Assembly: GCA_037443245.1 (NCBI GenBank)
Contig: JBBIOT010000001.1
Span: forward strand, 436,572 to 500,571
Reading direction: 5' to 3'
From: Caldimicrobium sp.
GTDB taxonomy: Bacteria; Desulfobacterota; Thermodesulfobacteria; Thermodesulfobacteriales; Thermodesulfobacteriaceae
Length of the DNA: 64,000 bases
In this document: one piece after another, positions 47,840 through 56,311 of the stretch
Layout of the letters: the number at the start of each line of letters is the position of its first letter
Numbering within the stretch: the stretch's first letter is position 1
Notes under the pieces: model-generated
The model's input: the letters and a program-made list of their open reading frames with translations, nothing else
Told to the model about the DNA's origin: nothing
Databases searched by the model: none
Made by a program: the position numbers and the translations under genes

Positions 47840-47855
47840 AGCAAGATGTATGCCA
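47840..47855 (-). promoter_or_regulatory. sigma-54 promoter upstream of glnA
   Basis: The minus strand reads TGGCATACATCTTGCT, which has exact TGGCAC-N5-TTGCW spacing. It lies about 38 nt upstream of the ATG, with a GGGAGG SD in between. Confidence 0.6.
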
Positions 47856-47927
47856 CTCGAGAATACCCCATATTTTACCAAAACTAATAGGTAAAATTTG
47901 AACCTAAATGTAAAAATTGAACAAAGC

Positions 47928-47955
47928 TTGCACACTTTTGTCAAAGAAGTATAAT
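47928..47955 (+). promoter_or_regulatory. possible sigma-70 promoter of the activator gene
   Basis: TTGCAC, 16 nt, TATAAT. The -10 element ends 6 nt before the ATG at 47962, which would imply a leaderless or near-leaderless transcript. Confidence 0.3.
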
Positions 47956-47961
47956 GAACCA

Positions 47962-49500
47962 ATGTCAAATTTTACCAGAAAACAGGCCGAGTTAATTGCC
48001 CTTTTAGAGATCAGTAAGGTTCTCAATTCTTCTTTCAATTTAATAGAAAATTTGCATCAAGCCTTAAATCTACTTTCTTATCATTTGGATATGAGAAGAG
48101 GAACGGTAACCCTCTTTGACAAAGCGGCGGGAGAGTTAAGGATTGTGGCTGCTTCGGGATTAACCCAGGAGCAAATGGCCCGAGGTCGTTATAAAATAGG
48201 GGAAGGGATTGTGGGCCGAGTCTTTGAGATGGGAGAACCCATTATCATCCCTAATATTGGAAAGGAACCCCTATTTTTAAATCGAACAGGGGCAAGAATA
48301 GACAAAAATAATATCTCTTTTCTTTGTGTCCCCATTAAATTAAACGAAGAGATCCTGGGAGTTCTCTCCGTTGACCGGATCTTTGATGAAAGCATTTCCT
48401 TTGAGGAAGATTTAAGAGTCCTTGAAGTGGTCTCAATTCTCATTGCTCAAGCTATAAAGCTTTACGAAGCTTATGAAAAGGAACGTTCCCGCCGGGAGGA
48501 GCTGGAACTGGAGATCCGTGATCGCTACCGATTCCATAACCTTATCTATCGTAGTAAAACTATGCGAGAAATTGTCAAAACCTGCATTAAAATTGCCAAC
48601 ACTAAAGCTACCGTTTTAATCAGAGGGGAGAGTGGTACGGGAAAGGAGCTTTTAGCTAAGGCTATGCATTTGAATAGCGATCGAGCTGATAAACCCTTTA
48701 TCGCCATAAACTGTGCCGCCATCCCGGAAAGCCTCCTTGAAGCTGAGCTTTTTGGGTTTGAAAAAGGGGCCTACACTGGAGCTGTCCACACCAAACGGGG
48801 GAAAATTGAGCTTGCCAACGGAGGTACTCTTTTCTTGGATGAAATCGGGGATATGCCCGTCTCCCTTCAAGTAAAACTTCTTCGCTTCTTGCAGGATCAA
48901 ACTATTGAAAGACTAGGGGGGACCAAATCTATAAAGGTTGACGTAAGGGTTATTTGTGCCACCCATAGGCCCTTAGAAAAACTCATTCAGGAAGGAAAAT
49001 TTCGAGAAGACCTCTACTTCCGACTTAATGTGGTCCCTATTTTTTTACCTCCCCTTAGGGAAAGAAAAGAAGATATTCCTCTGCTGGTAGAACACTTCCT
49101 TCAAAAATTTAACTCCCTCTATCATAAAAGAGTAAAATTAAGCGCCAAGGTTTTAGATAAAATTCTTAACTACCCCTTCCCCGGAAATGTTCGGGAATTA
49201 GAAAATCTTATGGAACGCTTGGTTCTCTTAGCAGAAGAGGAAGTAATAGACCTTCACCACCTCCCTTCCGAGATAGTTAACCCAAGAATTAAAAGCTTTC
49301 CTATGCAGCAGAATATTTATGAAGATTTCAAAAATCTGGAAAAAGAAAGCATTCTTAAAGCTTTGCTGGAATGTAATTTTAATCAAACTAAGGCCGCAAA
49401 GCTCCTTGGATTAACTAGAAGACAATTAGCTTACCGAATATTGAAATACAATCTCAAGTCAGAACTTTGGCAAAAATTAAGCTTAAAGGAATCATCTTAG
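47962..49500 (+). CDS. sigma-54-dependent transcriptional activator (GAF-AAA+-Fis HTH; NifA/NtrC-like)
   Basis: GAF domain. AAA+ motifs GESGTGKE, EKGAYTGA (GAFTGA variant) and LFLDEIG. C-terminal HTH QTKAAKLLGLTRRQLAYR. The track start is a TTG at 47917; I prefer the ATG at 47962. Confidence 0.88.
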   Translation: MSNFTRKQAELIALLEISKVLNSSFNLIENLHQALNLLSYHLDMRRGTVTLFDKAAGELRIVAASGLTQEQMARGRYKIGEGIVGRVFEMGEPIIIPNIGKEPLFLNRTGARIDKNNISFLCVPIKLNEEILGVLSVDRIFDESISFEEDLRVLEVVSILIAQAIKLYEAYEKERSRREELELEIRDRYRFHNLIYRSKTMREIVKTCIKIANTKATVLIRGESGTGKELLAKAMHLNSDRADKPFIAINCAAIPESLLEAELFGFEKGAYTGAVHTKRGKIELANGGTLFLDEIGDMPVSLQVKLLRFLQDQTIERLGGTKSIKVDVRVICATHRPLEKLIQEGKFREDLYFRLNVVPIFLPPLRERKEDIPLLVEHFLQKFNSLYHKRVKLSAKVLDKILNYPFPGNVRELENLMERLVLLAEEEVIDLHHLPSEIVNPRIKSFPMQQNIYEDFKNLEKESILKALLECNFNQTKAAKLLGLTRRQLAYRILKYNLKSELWQKLSLKESS

Positions 49501-50436
49501 GTGAAAACAATCCCCAGAATAAACCTTAATCCTCTGGTCTTGACTTTGCAAGATTAAAGCACCATCATCATCAAGGTCAAGGGCTAATCCTTCATAACTA
49601 CCGTGTAAGGTCTGTACCCTTACTTTTTTCCCCAGAGTGGAAGAGAGTTCCTTCCACCGGGAGAGAATTTTTGGCCAATTTGCCTCCTCGTAGGATTTCG
49701 CAAAAGCATGGAGGAGGTTTTTCAAAAAAAGAAACCTATCCACTTTACCTCCCAAAAGTTCCGAAACCGATATGGCCTCTTGGGGAAAGGTAAGATGACT
49801 TACAGGATTATTAAGATTCACACCAATTCCGATTAGGACAAATTTAAGATAATCCGCCTCGCCATTTAGCTCAAGGAGAATACCAGCCACCTTTTTTCCT
49901 TGAAGAAGCACATCGTTAGGCCATTTCAACTCAGGGGTTACTCGGTAGCTCTTTTCCAAAGCTTCGGCAACTGCAAGGGCTGATAAATAGGGTAAGACAA
50001 AGGCCTCGCGCAAAGGCATGGGCTCAAGTAGAATAAGGGTTAACCACAACCCTCCAGACGGAGAAAGCCATTCCCGTCCAAGCCTCCCCCTCCCTTGAGT
50101 TTGCCTTTCCGCAATCACTACCGCCCGTATTTGATCCTCGGCCAAACTGCGAGCTACATCCATCGTAGAGGGCACCTCAAACTCATACACCACCCTTTCC
50201 CAAAGGGGTAACTCTTCAATAACCTTGGGGAGTTCCCAGAAGGGTAGAAGGTCTTTATCCTGAAGAAGGTATCCCTTACTAGTGACCGCAATAGATAATC
50301 CTTTATTTTTTAATCTTTTGATAGCCTTCCAGATAGCGGTCCTACTTTTCTGCAGGCTTTTCGCTAAGAAGGACCCTGAAATTTCCTTTTCCGCCTGCTG
50401 AAGAATTTTTAGGATTTCTTCTTCCAATCTGGACAT
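49492..50436 (-). CDS. birA: bifunctional biotin-[acetyl-CoA-carboxylase] ligase / repressor
   Basis: 314 aa. N-terminal wHTH, GRGRLGREW and KWPNDV motifs, SH3-like C-domain. Confidence 0.9.
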   Translation of the reverse strand: MSRLEEEILKILQQAEKEISGSFLAKSLQKSRTAIWKAIKRLKNKGLSIAVTSKGYLLQDKDLLPFWELPKVIEELPLWERVVYEFEVPSTMDVARSLAEDQIRAVVIAERQTQGRGRLGREWLSPSGGLWLTLILLEPMPLREAFVLPYLSALAVAEALEKSYRVTPELKWPNDVLLQGKKVAGILLELNGEADYLKFVLIGIGVNLNNPVSHLTFPQEAISVSELLGGKVDRFLFLKNLLHAFAKSYEEANWPKILSRWKELSSTLGKKVRVQTLHGSYEGLALDLDDDGALILQSQDQRIKVYSGDCFHLR

Positions 50437-50446
50437 ATTGAAAAAA

Positions 50447-50537
50447 CGGAGGAGGAGGGATTCGAACCCCCGGTGCGGGCTTTAACCCGCACAGCCGATT
50501 TCGAGTCGGCCCCCTTCGTCCACTCGGGCACTCCTCC
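50447..50537 (-). tRNA. tRNA-Ser (CGA)
   Basis: Hand-folded. Acceptor GGAGGAG/CTCCTCC, anticodon arm GCCGA-CTCGAAA-TCGGC, long variable arm TGTGCGGGTTAAAGCCCGCAC. No encoded CCA. Confidence 0.85.
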
Positions 50538-50553
50538 CCAAAATAACTTCTTC

Positions 50554-51327
50554 TTAACAGCCCTCTATTTTCTTTTTGGGTTTCTCCATCTTTGGTGGAA
50601 CAGCCGGAACCGCTGGAACTACAGGTTTAGTGGGAGTAGAAGGAGTTAGCGCTGGCGTTTGAGGAGCTGGTTGAGAAGGAATAGGTTTGGCAGGAGCTTG
50701 CGAAGGAGGGGCTTGCGTTGCCGGTTTTGCTTGGACTGGGATTGGTTGCATTGGGGCTTTTGTGGAGTTAGAAGGGGTAGACAGAGTGGTGTTAGTTGAC
50801 ATAGCTGGTACGACTGGGGTTTGAGACTTGGCGGACCCTCCTTGAGAGGAGGGAAGAGCTTGTGGGACTTGCTTGTCCAGTTTGTCCGGAGAAGATCCCT
50901 TTAATAGATTTTTAGATCCCATCACTTGAAGCCTTGTTTTTTTAGCCTTTTCTTTAGGTTTGGCAATTTTTTTCTTGGAGACCTTCTTTGCTTGAGCCTG
51001 GTTTAGCTTGTCCTTTTTTCCTGTCTTTTTTAGCGCAGATTTTTCTTTGCTCTCTTTTTTTCCTTGTTTTTTGGCAAAAAGATTATAGGCCCTTTTAATT
51101 TCTTGGTCTGACAACTGGGCATGAATAGTTTTTTTGGCTGATTTTTCTCGGAGAAATTTTAAAAATTCTTCAGCCTTTTGGGCCTTTGTTTTTTGAATCA
51201 TCGCTTGCAAATTCTTCTTGTTTTTATGGCAATTTAAACAAGATTTAGGATAGGCCTCTCCCACACCTAAAAAAAGAAAAAAAGAAATAACAGCCACTAA
51301 AGAACTTAAATAAAGGCTTTTTTTCAT
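50554..51327 (-). CDS. secreted protein with a single CxxCH haem-c motif and K-rich / P,A,Q,T-rich low-complexity regions
   Basis: 257 aa. Signal peptide, CLNCH, a lysine-rich middle, a proline/alanine/glutamine/threonine-rich tail, and a C-terminus of KKKIEGC. Confidence 0.6.
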   Translation of the reverse strand: MKKSLYLSSLVAVISFFLFLGVGEAYPKSCLNCHKNKKNLQAMIQKTKAQKAEEFLKFLREKSAKKTIHAQLSDQEIKRAYNLFAKKQGKKESKEKSALKKTGKKDKLNQAQAKKVSKKKIAKPKEKAKKTRLQVMGSKNLLKGSSPDKLDKQVPQALPSSQGGSAKSQTPVVPAMSTNTTLSTPSNSTKAPMQPIPVQAKPATQAPPSQAPAKPIPSQPAPQTPALTPSTPTKPVVPAVPAVPPKMEKPKKKIEGC

Positions 51328-51407
51328 TTTTTTCCTCCGGGTAGATTATTTTAGTGTTTATTTTAACCCTTTTGAGAAAATTAAACAACAAAGTTAGGGG
51401 ATTTTAT

Positions 51408-51896
51408 CTAAAGAAAGGCTGTTTTTCGTTTCGGCCTGAAAAAATTCTTGAGCAGCTCTTCGGCCTCCCTTTGGTAAGGTCCATACCTAACGTTTAGGCG
51501 ATGGTTTAAGTGGGGATCATTGGCCAGTTGGTATAAACTTATACAGGCTCCGGTTTTGGGGTCTGGAGTGGCAAAGATGAGTTCGGCAATCCTTGCCAAA
51601 ACCATGGCATACACACACATTGGGCAGGGCTCCAAAGTGACATAAAGTTTACACCCTAAAAGACGATAATTGCCAAGTTTTTTGGCCCCTTCTCTTAAGA
51701 CCAAAATTTCGGCATGAGCGGTGGGATCAGTAAGGGTGAGAATCCGGTTGTGATCCTTGGCCAAAATTTCTCCTCCCGGAGAAACAAGAACAGCCCCAAC
51801 AGGCACCTCATTTTCCGCAAAAGCCTTCCTTGCTTCTTCCAGGGCTAAGGCCATAAATTTAAAATCTTCCTCGTTAAAGGTGCCTTTCATTGGCAA
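51408..51896 (-). CDS. tadA: tRNA-specific adenosine deaminase
   Basis: 162 aa with HAE and PCPMC zinc motifs. Confidence 0.9.
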   Translation of the reverse strand: MPMKGTFNEEDFKFMALALEEARKAFAENEVPVGAVLVSPGGEILAKDHNRILTLTDPTAHAEILVLREGAKKLGNYRLLGCKLYVTLEPCPMCVYAMVLARIAELIFATPDPKTGACISLYQLANDPHLNHRLNVRYGPYQREAEELLKNFFRPKRKTAFL

Positions 51897-53527
51897 AGCC
51901 TAAATAGTAAAGAGCTTAAAAAGAACATAAGAAAAGGAAGAAGGGAAAGGAGCTCAAGATAAACCACCTGACCAAGAACTCTTCTTCCCAAGGTCTGATA
52001 TAAAATAAGACCTCCGATAGGAACAAGTAAATAGAAAAAAAATAGAGGTGTCAAAATGGCTTCAATCATGGGTAAAACTCCAAGACCCAATAGAAGAATT
52101 TTAAATAATTTTTTCACCCTTTTTTCTTCAAAATCAAAAAGGCTTATCCAAAAAGTTTTCGGTAAAAAACCATCTGTCTGTAGATAAAGATTTTCTAAAT
52201 AAATTTCAGCTAAAAATAAGGTTAAAAGGCCAAGCATGGACAAAAAGATAAACTGGTTGTCCCAGTAAAAATACCAATAAAAGATCAGGCTTAGATATAT
52301 AAGAAGGTTTAACAAAGCTTGGAAAGGACTGGTGCGTAAAATAAAAATAAGGATCAGAAAGACAAAAATTAAACTCAGTATTCGGGGAAGGTAAAGAATA
52401 CCAAACAGGATGCTCAAAGAAGCAAAAAAAAGAATAAGAAAGATAATTAGCCCCTTTTTTTGATAAAACTCTCCCCGTTCAGGATAAAAAAAGGAAAAGC
52501 TTTCTCGGGAAGAAAAATTGCTTAGAATGAGAGAGAAAAGATTTAATCCTAAAGAAAAGATAAGGAAATAAAGGTCCTTTAAGGTAAAAATGTGCCCTTT
52601 AGCTAAAAGTAGAGAAAGAAGAAGAAGGGGGATGAAAAGGGCCTTGTAAAACTGAGGAATAGCTATCCCGCGAAGGACCACATAAAGGGGAGAGCTTTTT
52701 CTTTTGAGAAGGTCTACCACCGAATTGATGAGCCAATTTGGGGTTGAGGCACCTGCGGTTACACCTACTTTAGCTATCTTCTTTATTTCTGCCAAGGGTA
52801 ATTCTTCGGGCTTTTCTACCAAAAAGACCCTTTTTCCTTCAGATTCTGCAATCTGAGCCAGGCGCTTCGTATTGGCTGAAAATTTCCCCCCTACCACCAC
52901 AATAGCCTCGCAGGTTTCACAAAGCCTTCTCACCTCTGTCTGTCTTACTTCGGTAGCATTACAAATGGTGTTGACCACTTCCACCTCTTTAAATCTTTCG
53001 GTTATGGCCTGAGAAAGAAAGGAAAAAACCTCTTCATCCTGGGTAGTTTGTGATAAAACCATGTATTTTCCCGTTGAGTCAAGGGTTTCCAAATCGTTAA
53101 GAGAATTAACCACATAGCCTTTCCCTTGACAAAATCCAAGAATACCCTTAACCTCCGCATGATCTGGATCACCAATAATGATCACCGATTTTCCTTCCTT
53201 GACTGCCCTTTCAGCTAGGGCTTGGACCTTTAAAACTCGGGGACAGGTGCCATCAAGGAGTTGAAATCTTTGGGCAAGAATTTGCCTCTCCTGAGGGGGA
53301 ATACCATGGGCTCGGATGACACAAATGGCCCCTTCCTTTCCCTCTTCAGGGTCCTTAATAACCTTAACTCCTAATTTACTCAATAGTTCCAGGGTTTGAG
53401 GATTGTGAATAAGTGGACCATAGGTGTAGATCGGAGGGGTAGATAGGGTTAGGGCCTTTAAAACTAAGTGCACTGCCCTTCTTACCCCCATGCAAAAGCC
53501 AGCCTTTTTGGCAATCTCTACCTTCAT
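51887..53527 (-). CDS. ispH: 4-hydroxy-3-methylbut-2-enyl diphosphate reductase fused to a C-terminal polytopic membrane domain
   Basis: Residues 1-280 are a colinear IspH (GFCMGV, GTCP, TICNAT cluster cysteines, GVTAGASTP). Residues 285-546 have about 8 hydrophobic segments and no Asp-rich prenyltransferase motif that I can see. Confidence 0.8.
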   Translation of the reverse strand: MKVEIAKKAGFCMGVRRAVHLVLKALTLSTPPIYTYGPLIHNPQTLELLSKLGVKVIKDPEEGKEGAICVIRAHGIPPQERQILAQRFQLLDGTCPRVLKVQALAERAVKEGKSVIIIGDPDHAEVKGILGFCQGKGYVVNSLNDLETLDSTGKYMVLSQTTQDEEVFSFLSQAITERFKEVEVVNTICNATEVRQTEVRRLCETCEAIVVVGGKFSANTKRLAQIAESEGKRVFLVEKPEELPLAEIKKIAKVGVTAGASTPNWLINSVVDLLKRKSSPLYVVLRGIAIPQFYKALFIPLLLLSLLLAKGHIFTLKDLYFLIFSLGLNLFSLILSNFSSRESFSFFYPERGEFYQKKGLIIFLILFFASLSILFGILYLPRILSLIFVFLILIFILRTSPFQALLNLLIYLSLIFYWYFYWDNQFIFLSMLGLLTLFLAEIYLENLYLQTDGFLPKTFWISLFDFEEKRVKKLFKILLLGLGVLPMIEAILTPLFFFYLLVPIGGLILYQTLGRRVLGQVVYLELLSLLPFLMFFLSSLLFRLCQ

Positions 53528-54288
53528 AGCTTTTGTTTAACTCTCCGAGCTATTTCTTCCATTAAACCTTCTTCCGCAAAACTAAAGTATCCATTTTCTC
53601 CGATGATCAAATGATCTATCAATCTGACATGTAAGAGCCTTCCCGCTAAATATAACCATTCAGTTAGCTTGATATCTTTTTCTGATGGCTTTAGCTGACC
53701 TGAAGGATGGTTGTGGGCCACGATAATAGAACTTGCCGAAAGTTTAATAGCCTGGGAAAAAACCTCCCGGGGATAAACGGTTGCTTCCGTAATGGTGCCC
53801 GCAAAGAGTTCCCTAACCTCCAACACTTCCGAAATAGCCGAAAGATAAACCACCCAAAAGACCTCCCGGTCCCGCCTTTTCAGTTCAAATTGCAAATACT
53901 CATAGACCTCCTTAGGCGAACGCAGAAAGATTGCCTTTTTGGTCCGGGCCCGAAGATAGCGACGGGCCATCTCTCGGGTAATCTTAAGAAGTAAAACACT
54001 TTTCTCTCCAAGTCCGCTTTGTCTTTTCAATTCCTCCACTTCCGCATCAAGCACCTTGCTAAGGTCCTTATCAAACCTCTCAAGTAAACTTCTTGCTAAA
54101 CCCCGAGTGTCCTTCCGAGGAATACTAAAAAAAAGGAGAAATTCCAAAAGATCCTCATCGGTAAAAACATCGGGACCTTCCTGCCAAAAGCGGTCGCGAA
54201 CCCGGACTCTATGTCCTTGAGCCTTCTTAAGCATGCTTTCAAGTTTTCTAAGTTGACCTTGGGGAAGGGAATCCAGTTTCTTGGCCAT
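53524..54288 (-). CDS. radC: RadC-family JAB-domain protein
   Basis: JAMM motif HNHPSG...S..D. The track ORF starts at a GTG at 54330. The ATG at 54288 avoids the overlap with lptC. Confidence 0.85.
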   Translation of the reverse strand: MAKKLDSLPQGQLRKLESMLKKAQGHRVRVRDRFWQEGPDVFTDEDLLEFLLFFSIPRKDTRGLARSLLERFDKDLSKVLDAEVEELKRQSGLGEKSVLLLKITREMARRYLRARTKKAIFLRSPKEVYEYLQFELKRRDREVFWVVYLSAISEVLEVRELFAGTITEATVYPREVFSQAIKLSASSIIVAHNHPSGQLKPSEKDIKLTEWLYLAGRLLHVRLIDHLIIGENGYFSFAEEGLMEEIARRVKQKL

Positions 54289-54304
54289 GAAGGAATACTT
54301 TCTC

Positions 54305-54784
54305 CTAAAGAGAAAACTTAGCCTTGACACTCCTTTTAAATCTTAGCTCCCCAGTGGTTAAATGATAATAAAGCTCCATTCCCTCAATGGTTACTCCAGA
54401 TTTCCTAATTAAAGCCTTCCCCGGAATGTGGAGAAGTTCTTCCTTAACTCGGTAGATTAGTTCTTGTGCATAGACTTCTTCACCCTTTTCGGTTTTTAAC
54501 TCTACATCCCCTTGAAACCGATAGGAATTGGTTGCTTTATCATAATTCCCAAATTTTGCTTTGATGCTGATTCCCTTCTTAGGATTTTCTACCTCTAAAT
54601 CTTTAGCCATAAAACTTCCTTCTTCCTTTTGGGAAAAAAAGGAGGCTTTAAGTTTTAAGATTAGAGATTTTCCTTCAAAGCGGTAGAGGGAAAAATTTTT
54701 AATCGTTAACGAATTAACCTGGGCCAAAGCCTGATTAAGGGTGAGAAGGATTAGCGTAAGTAATAAGAAAAAAGCTCTGTCCAT
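54305..54784 (-). CDS. lptC: LPS export periplasmic protein LptC-like
   Basis: 159 aa. N-terminal anchor, beta-jellyroll-like repeat pattern, and a position downstream of kdsA-kdsC. Confidence 0.6.
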   Translation of the reverse strand: MDRAFFLLLTLILLTLNQALAQVNSLTIKNFSLYRFEGKSLILKLKASFFSQKEEGSFMAKDLEVENPKKGISIKAKFGNYDKATNSYRFQGDVELKTEKGEEVYAQELIYRVKEELLHIPGKALIRKSGVTIEGMELYYHLTTGELRFKRSVKAKFSL

Positions 54785-55284
54785 AGCCCCTTGGCTTTAA
54801 GAATAATTTCGGCAACCTCCCTTACCGCGCCCTTCCCTCCTTCCAGGGTGGTTACATAGTGAACATGCTCTTTGACCTCAGCCCTGGCATTGGCTACGGC
54901 CACCGCAAAACCAACTCTTCTAAGAACGGGCAAATCAACCCAATCATCCCCCACAAAACCAACCCTTTCTAAGGGTACCCCTTTGTCCCTCAGGATTTTT
55001 TCCACCACGCTTAACTTATCAAGGTTACCTTGGATAACAAGTTCTATCCCCAGTTCTTTAGCTCTGATCTCAACGGGTTTTGAATAACGGGAGGAAAGGA
55101 TCCCTACCTCCACTCCAGCCTTCTGAAGAAGTTTTATTCCCATGCCATCAAGGACCGAAAATACCTTAATCTCCTCCCCCTGGGAATTGAAGATAATACC
55201 ACCGTCGGTTAAGACTCCATCCACATCAAGGAGAAGAAGCTCAACCTTCTTAGCCCTTTCAGCCACTTCAGGGAGCAAAACCAT
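54751..55284 (-). CDS. kdsC: 3-deoxy-D-manno-octulosonate 8-phosphate phosphatase (HAD)
   Basis: 177 aa. LLLDVDGVLTDG HAD motif I and GDDWVD motif. Confidence 0.88.
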   Translation of the reverse strand: MVLLPEVAERAKKVELLLLDVDGVLTDGGIIFNSQGEEIKVFSVLDGMGIKLLQKAGVEVGILSSRYSKPVEIRAKELGIELVIQGNLDKLSVVEKILRDKGVPLERVGFVGDDWVDLPVLRRVGFAVAVANARAEVKEHVHYVTTLEGGKGAVREVAEIILKAKGLWTELFSYYLR

Positions 55285-56065
55285 GCTTTCTTCCTACGAA
55301 AAGAAGGTCAGCCATCTGATCTAAAAGGAGGGGCAGTTGAGACAAAGGAAGGGAGTTGGGCCCATCACAAAGGGCCTTTTCTGGCTCAGGGTGAACTTCC
55401 AAAAAAAGCCCACCCACTCCAACAGCTATCGCAGCCCTGGCTAAGGGGATAACGAATTCCCTTTCTCCTCCGGATTTACCCTCTCCAGCACCCGGAAGTT
55501 GGACACTGTGGGTAGCATCAAAGATTACTCGCTCTGCAAGACTTTTCATGATGATTAAGGAACGAAAATCTACCACTAAATTACGATAACCAAATGAGCT
55601 CCCTCTTTCGGTAAGCCACACCTCCTTGGCCCCTCCAGCTTTAGCCTTTTCCACTGCATATTTCATATCCCAAGGGGCCATAAATTGCCCTTTTTTAATA
55701 TTCACGATCCTTCTGCTACTACCCGCAGCAACAAGTAAATCCGTTTGCCGACAAAGAAAGGCCGGAATTTGAATCACATCCACAATTTGGGCAACCGGTT
55801 TGACTTGCCAAACCTCATGAACATCCGTTAAAACAGGTACCTGAACCTTTTTTTTCACTTCTTCCAGCATCATCAGCCCCTTTTCTAACCCTGGGCCCCG
55901 AAAGGAATATAAATTAGTCCGGTTAGCCTTATCAAAGGAGGATTTAAATATATATTGAAATCCATGCTTAAGGCAAAGATCTTTCACATAAGAAGCAATC
56001 TGCAAAGAAAGATCCAAATCTTCTAAAACACAAGGCCCAGCGATCACTACAAAGGACTTCATCAC
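55268..56065 (-). CDS. kdsA: 3-deoxy-8-phosphooctulonate synthase
   Basis: 265 aa. IAGPCVLE, KSSFDKANR, IPAFLCRQTDL, DATHSVQ. Confidence 0.93.
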   Translation of the reverse strand: MMKSFVVIAGPCVLEDLDLSLQIASYVKDLCLKHGFQYIFKSSFDKANRTNLYSFRGPGLEKGLMMLEEVKKKVQVPVLTDVHEVWQVKPVAQIVDVIQIPAFLCRQTDLLVAAGSSRRIVNIKKGQFMAPWDMKYAVEKAKAGGAKEVWLTERGSSFGYRNLVVDFRSLIIMKSLAERVIFDATHSVQLPGAGEGKSGGEREFVIPLARAAIAVGVGGLFLEVHPEPEKALCDGPNSLPLSQLPLLLDQMADLLFVGRKHGFAP

Positions 56066-56311
56066 TAGACCATTCTACCGAGAAAATATTTTTTTTACAA
56101 GATCACCTTTCCGCTGGATGGTATCAAAATTGAAATACTCCTTTAAGGCTAATTAAGCCTAGGCATCACCCTTAAAAACATATTGCTTACCTTGCCTAAA
56201 ATTAGATTATCCTTCTACTCAAGGGCATAGTTCCTCTTTACCTATCAAAAAAATCTCTTGGCAAAAAGAAGAAGAAATGGTAAAATCGACGAAAATCATC
56301 ACTGGTGTTTA

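Noticed and set aside
50560-50860. Repetitive-looking DNA that might be a repeat array or CRISPR.
   Set aside because: It is in-frame P/A/Q/T-rich coding sequence of the 257-aa secreted protein. There are no regularly spaced identical repeats or spacers, and I saw no CRISPR-like array elsewhere.
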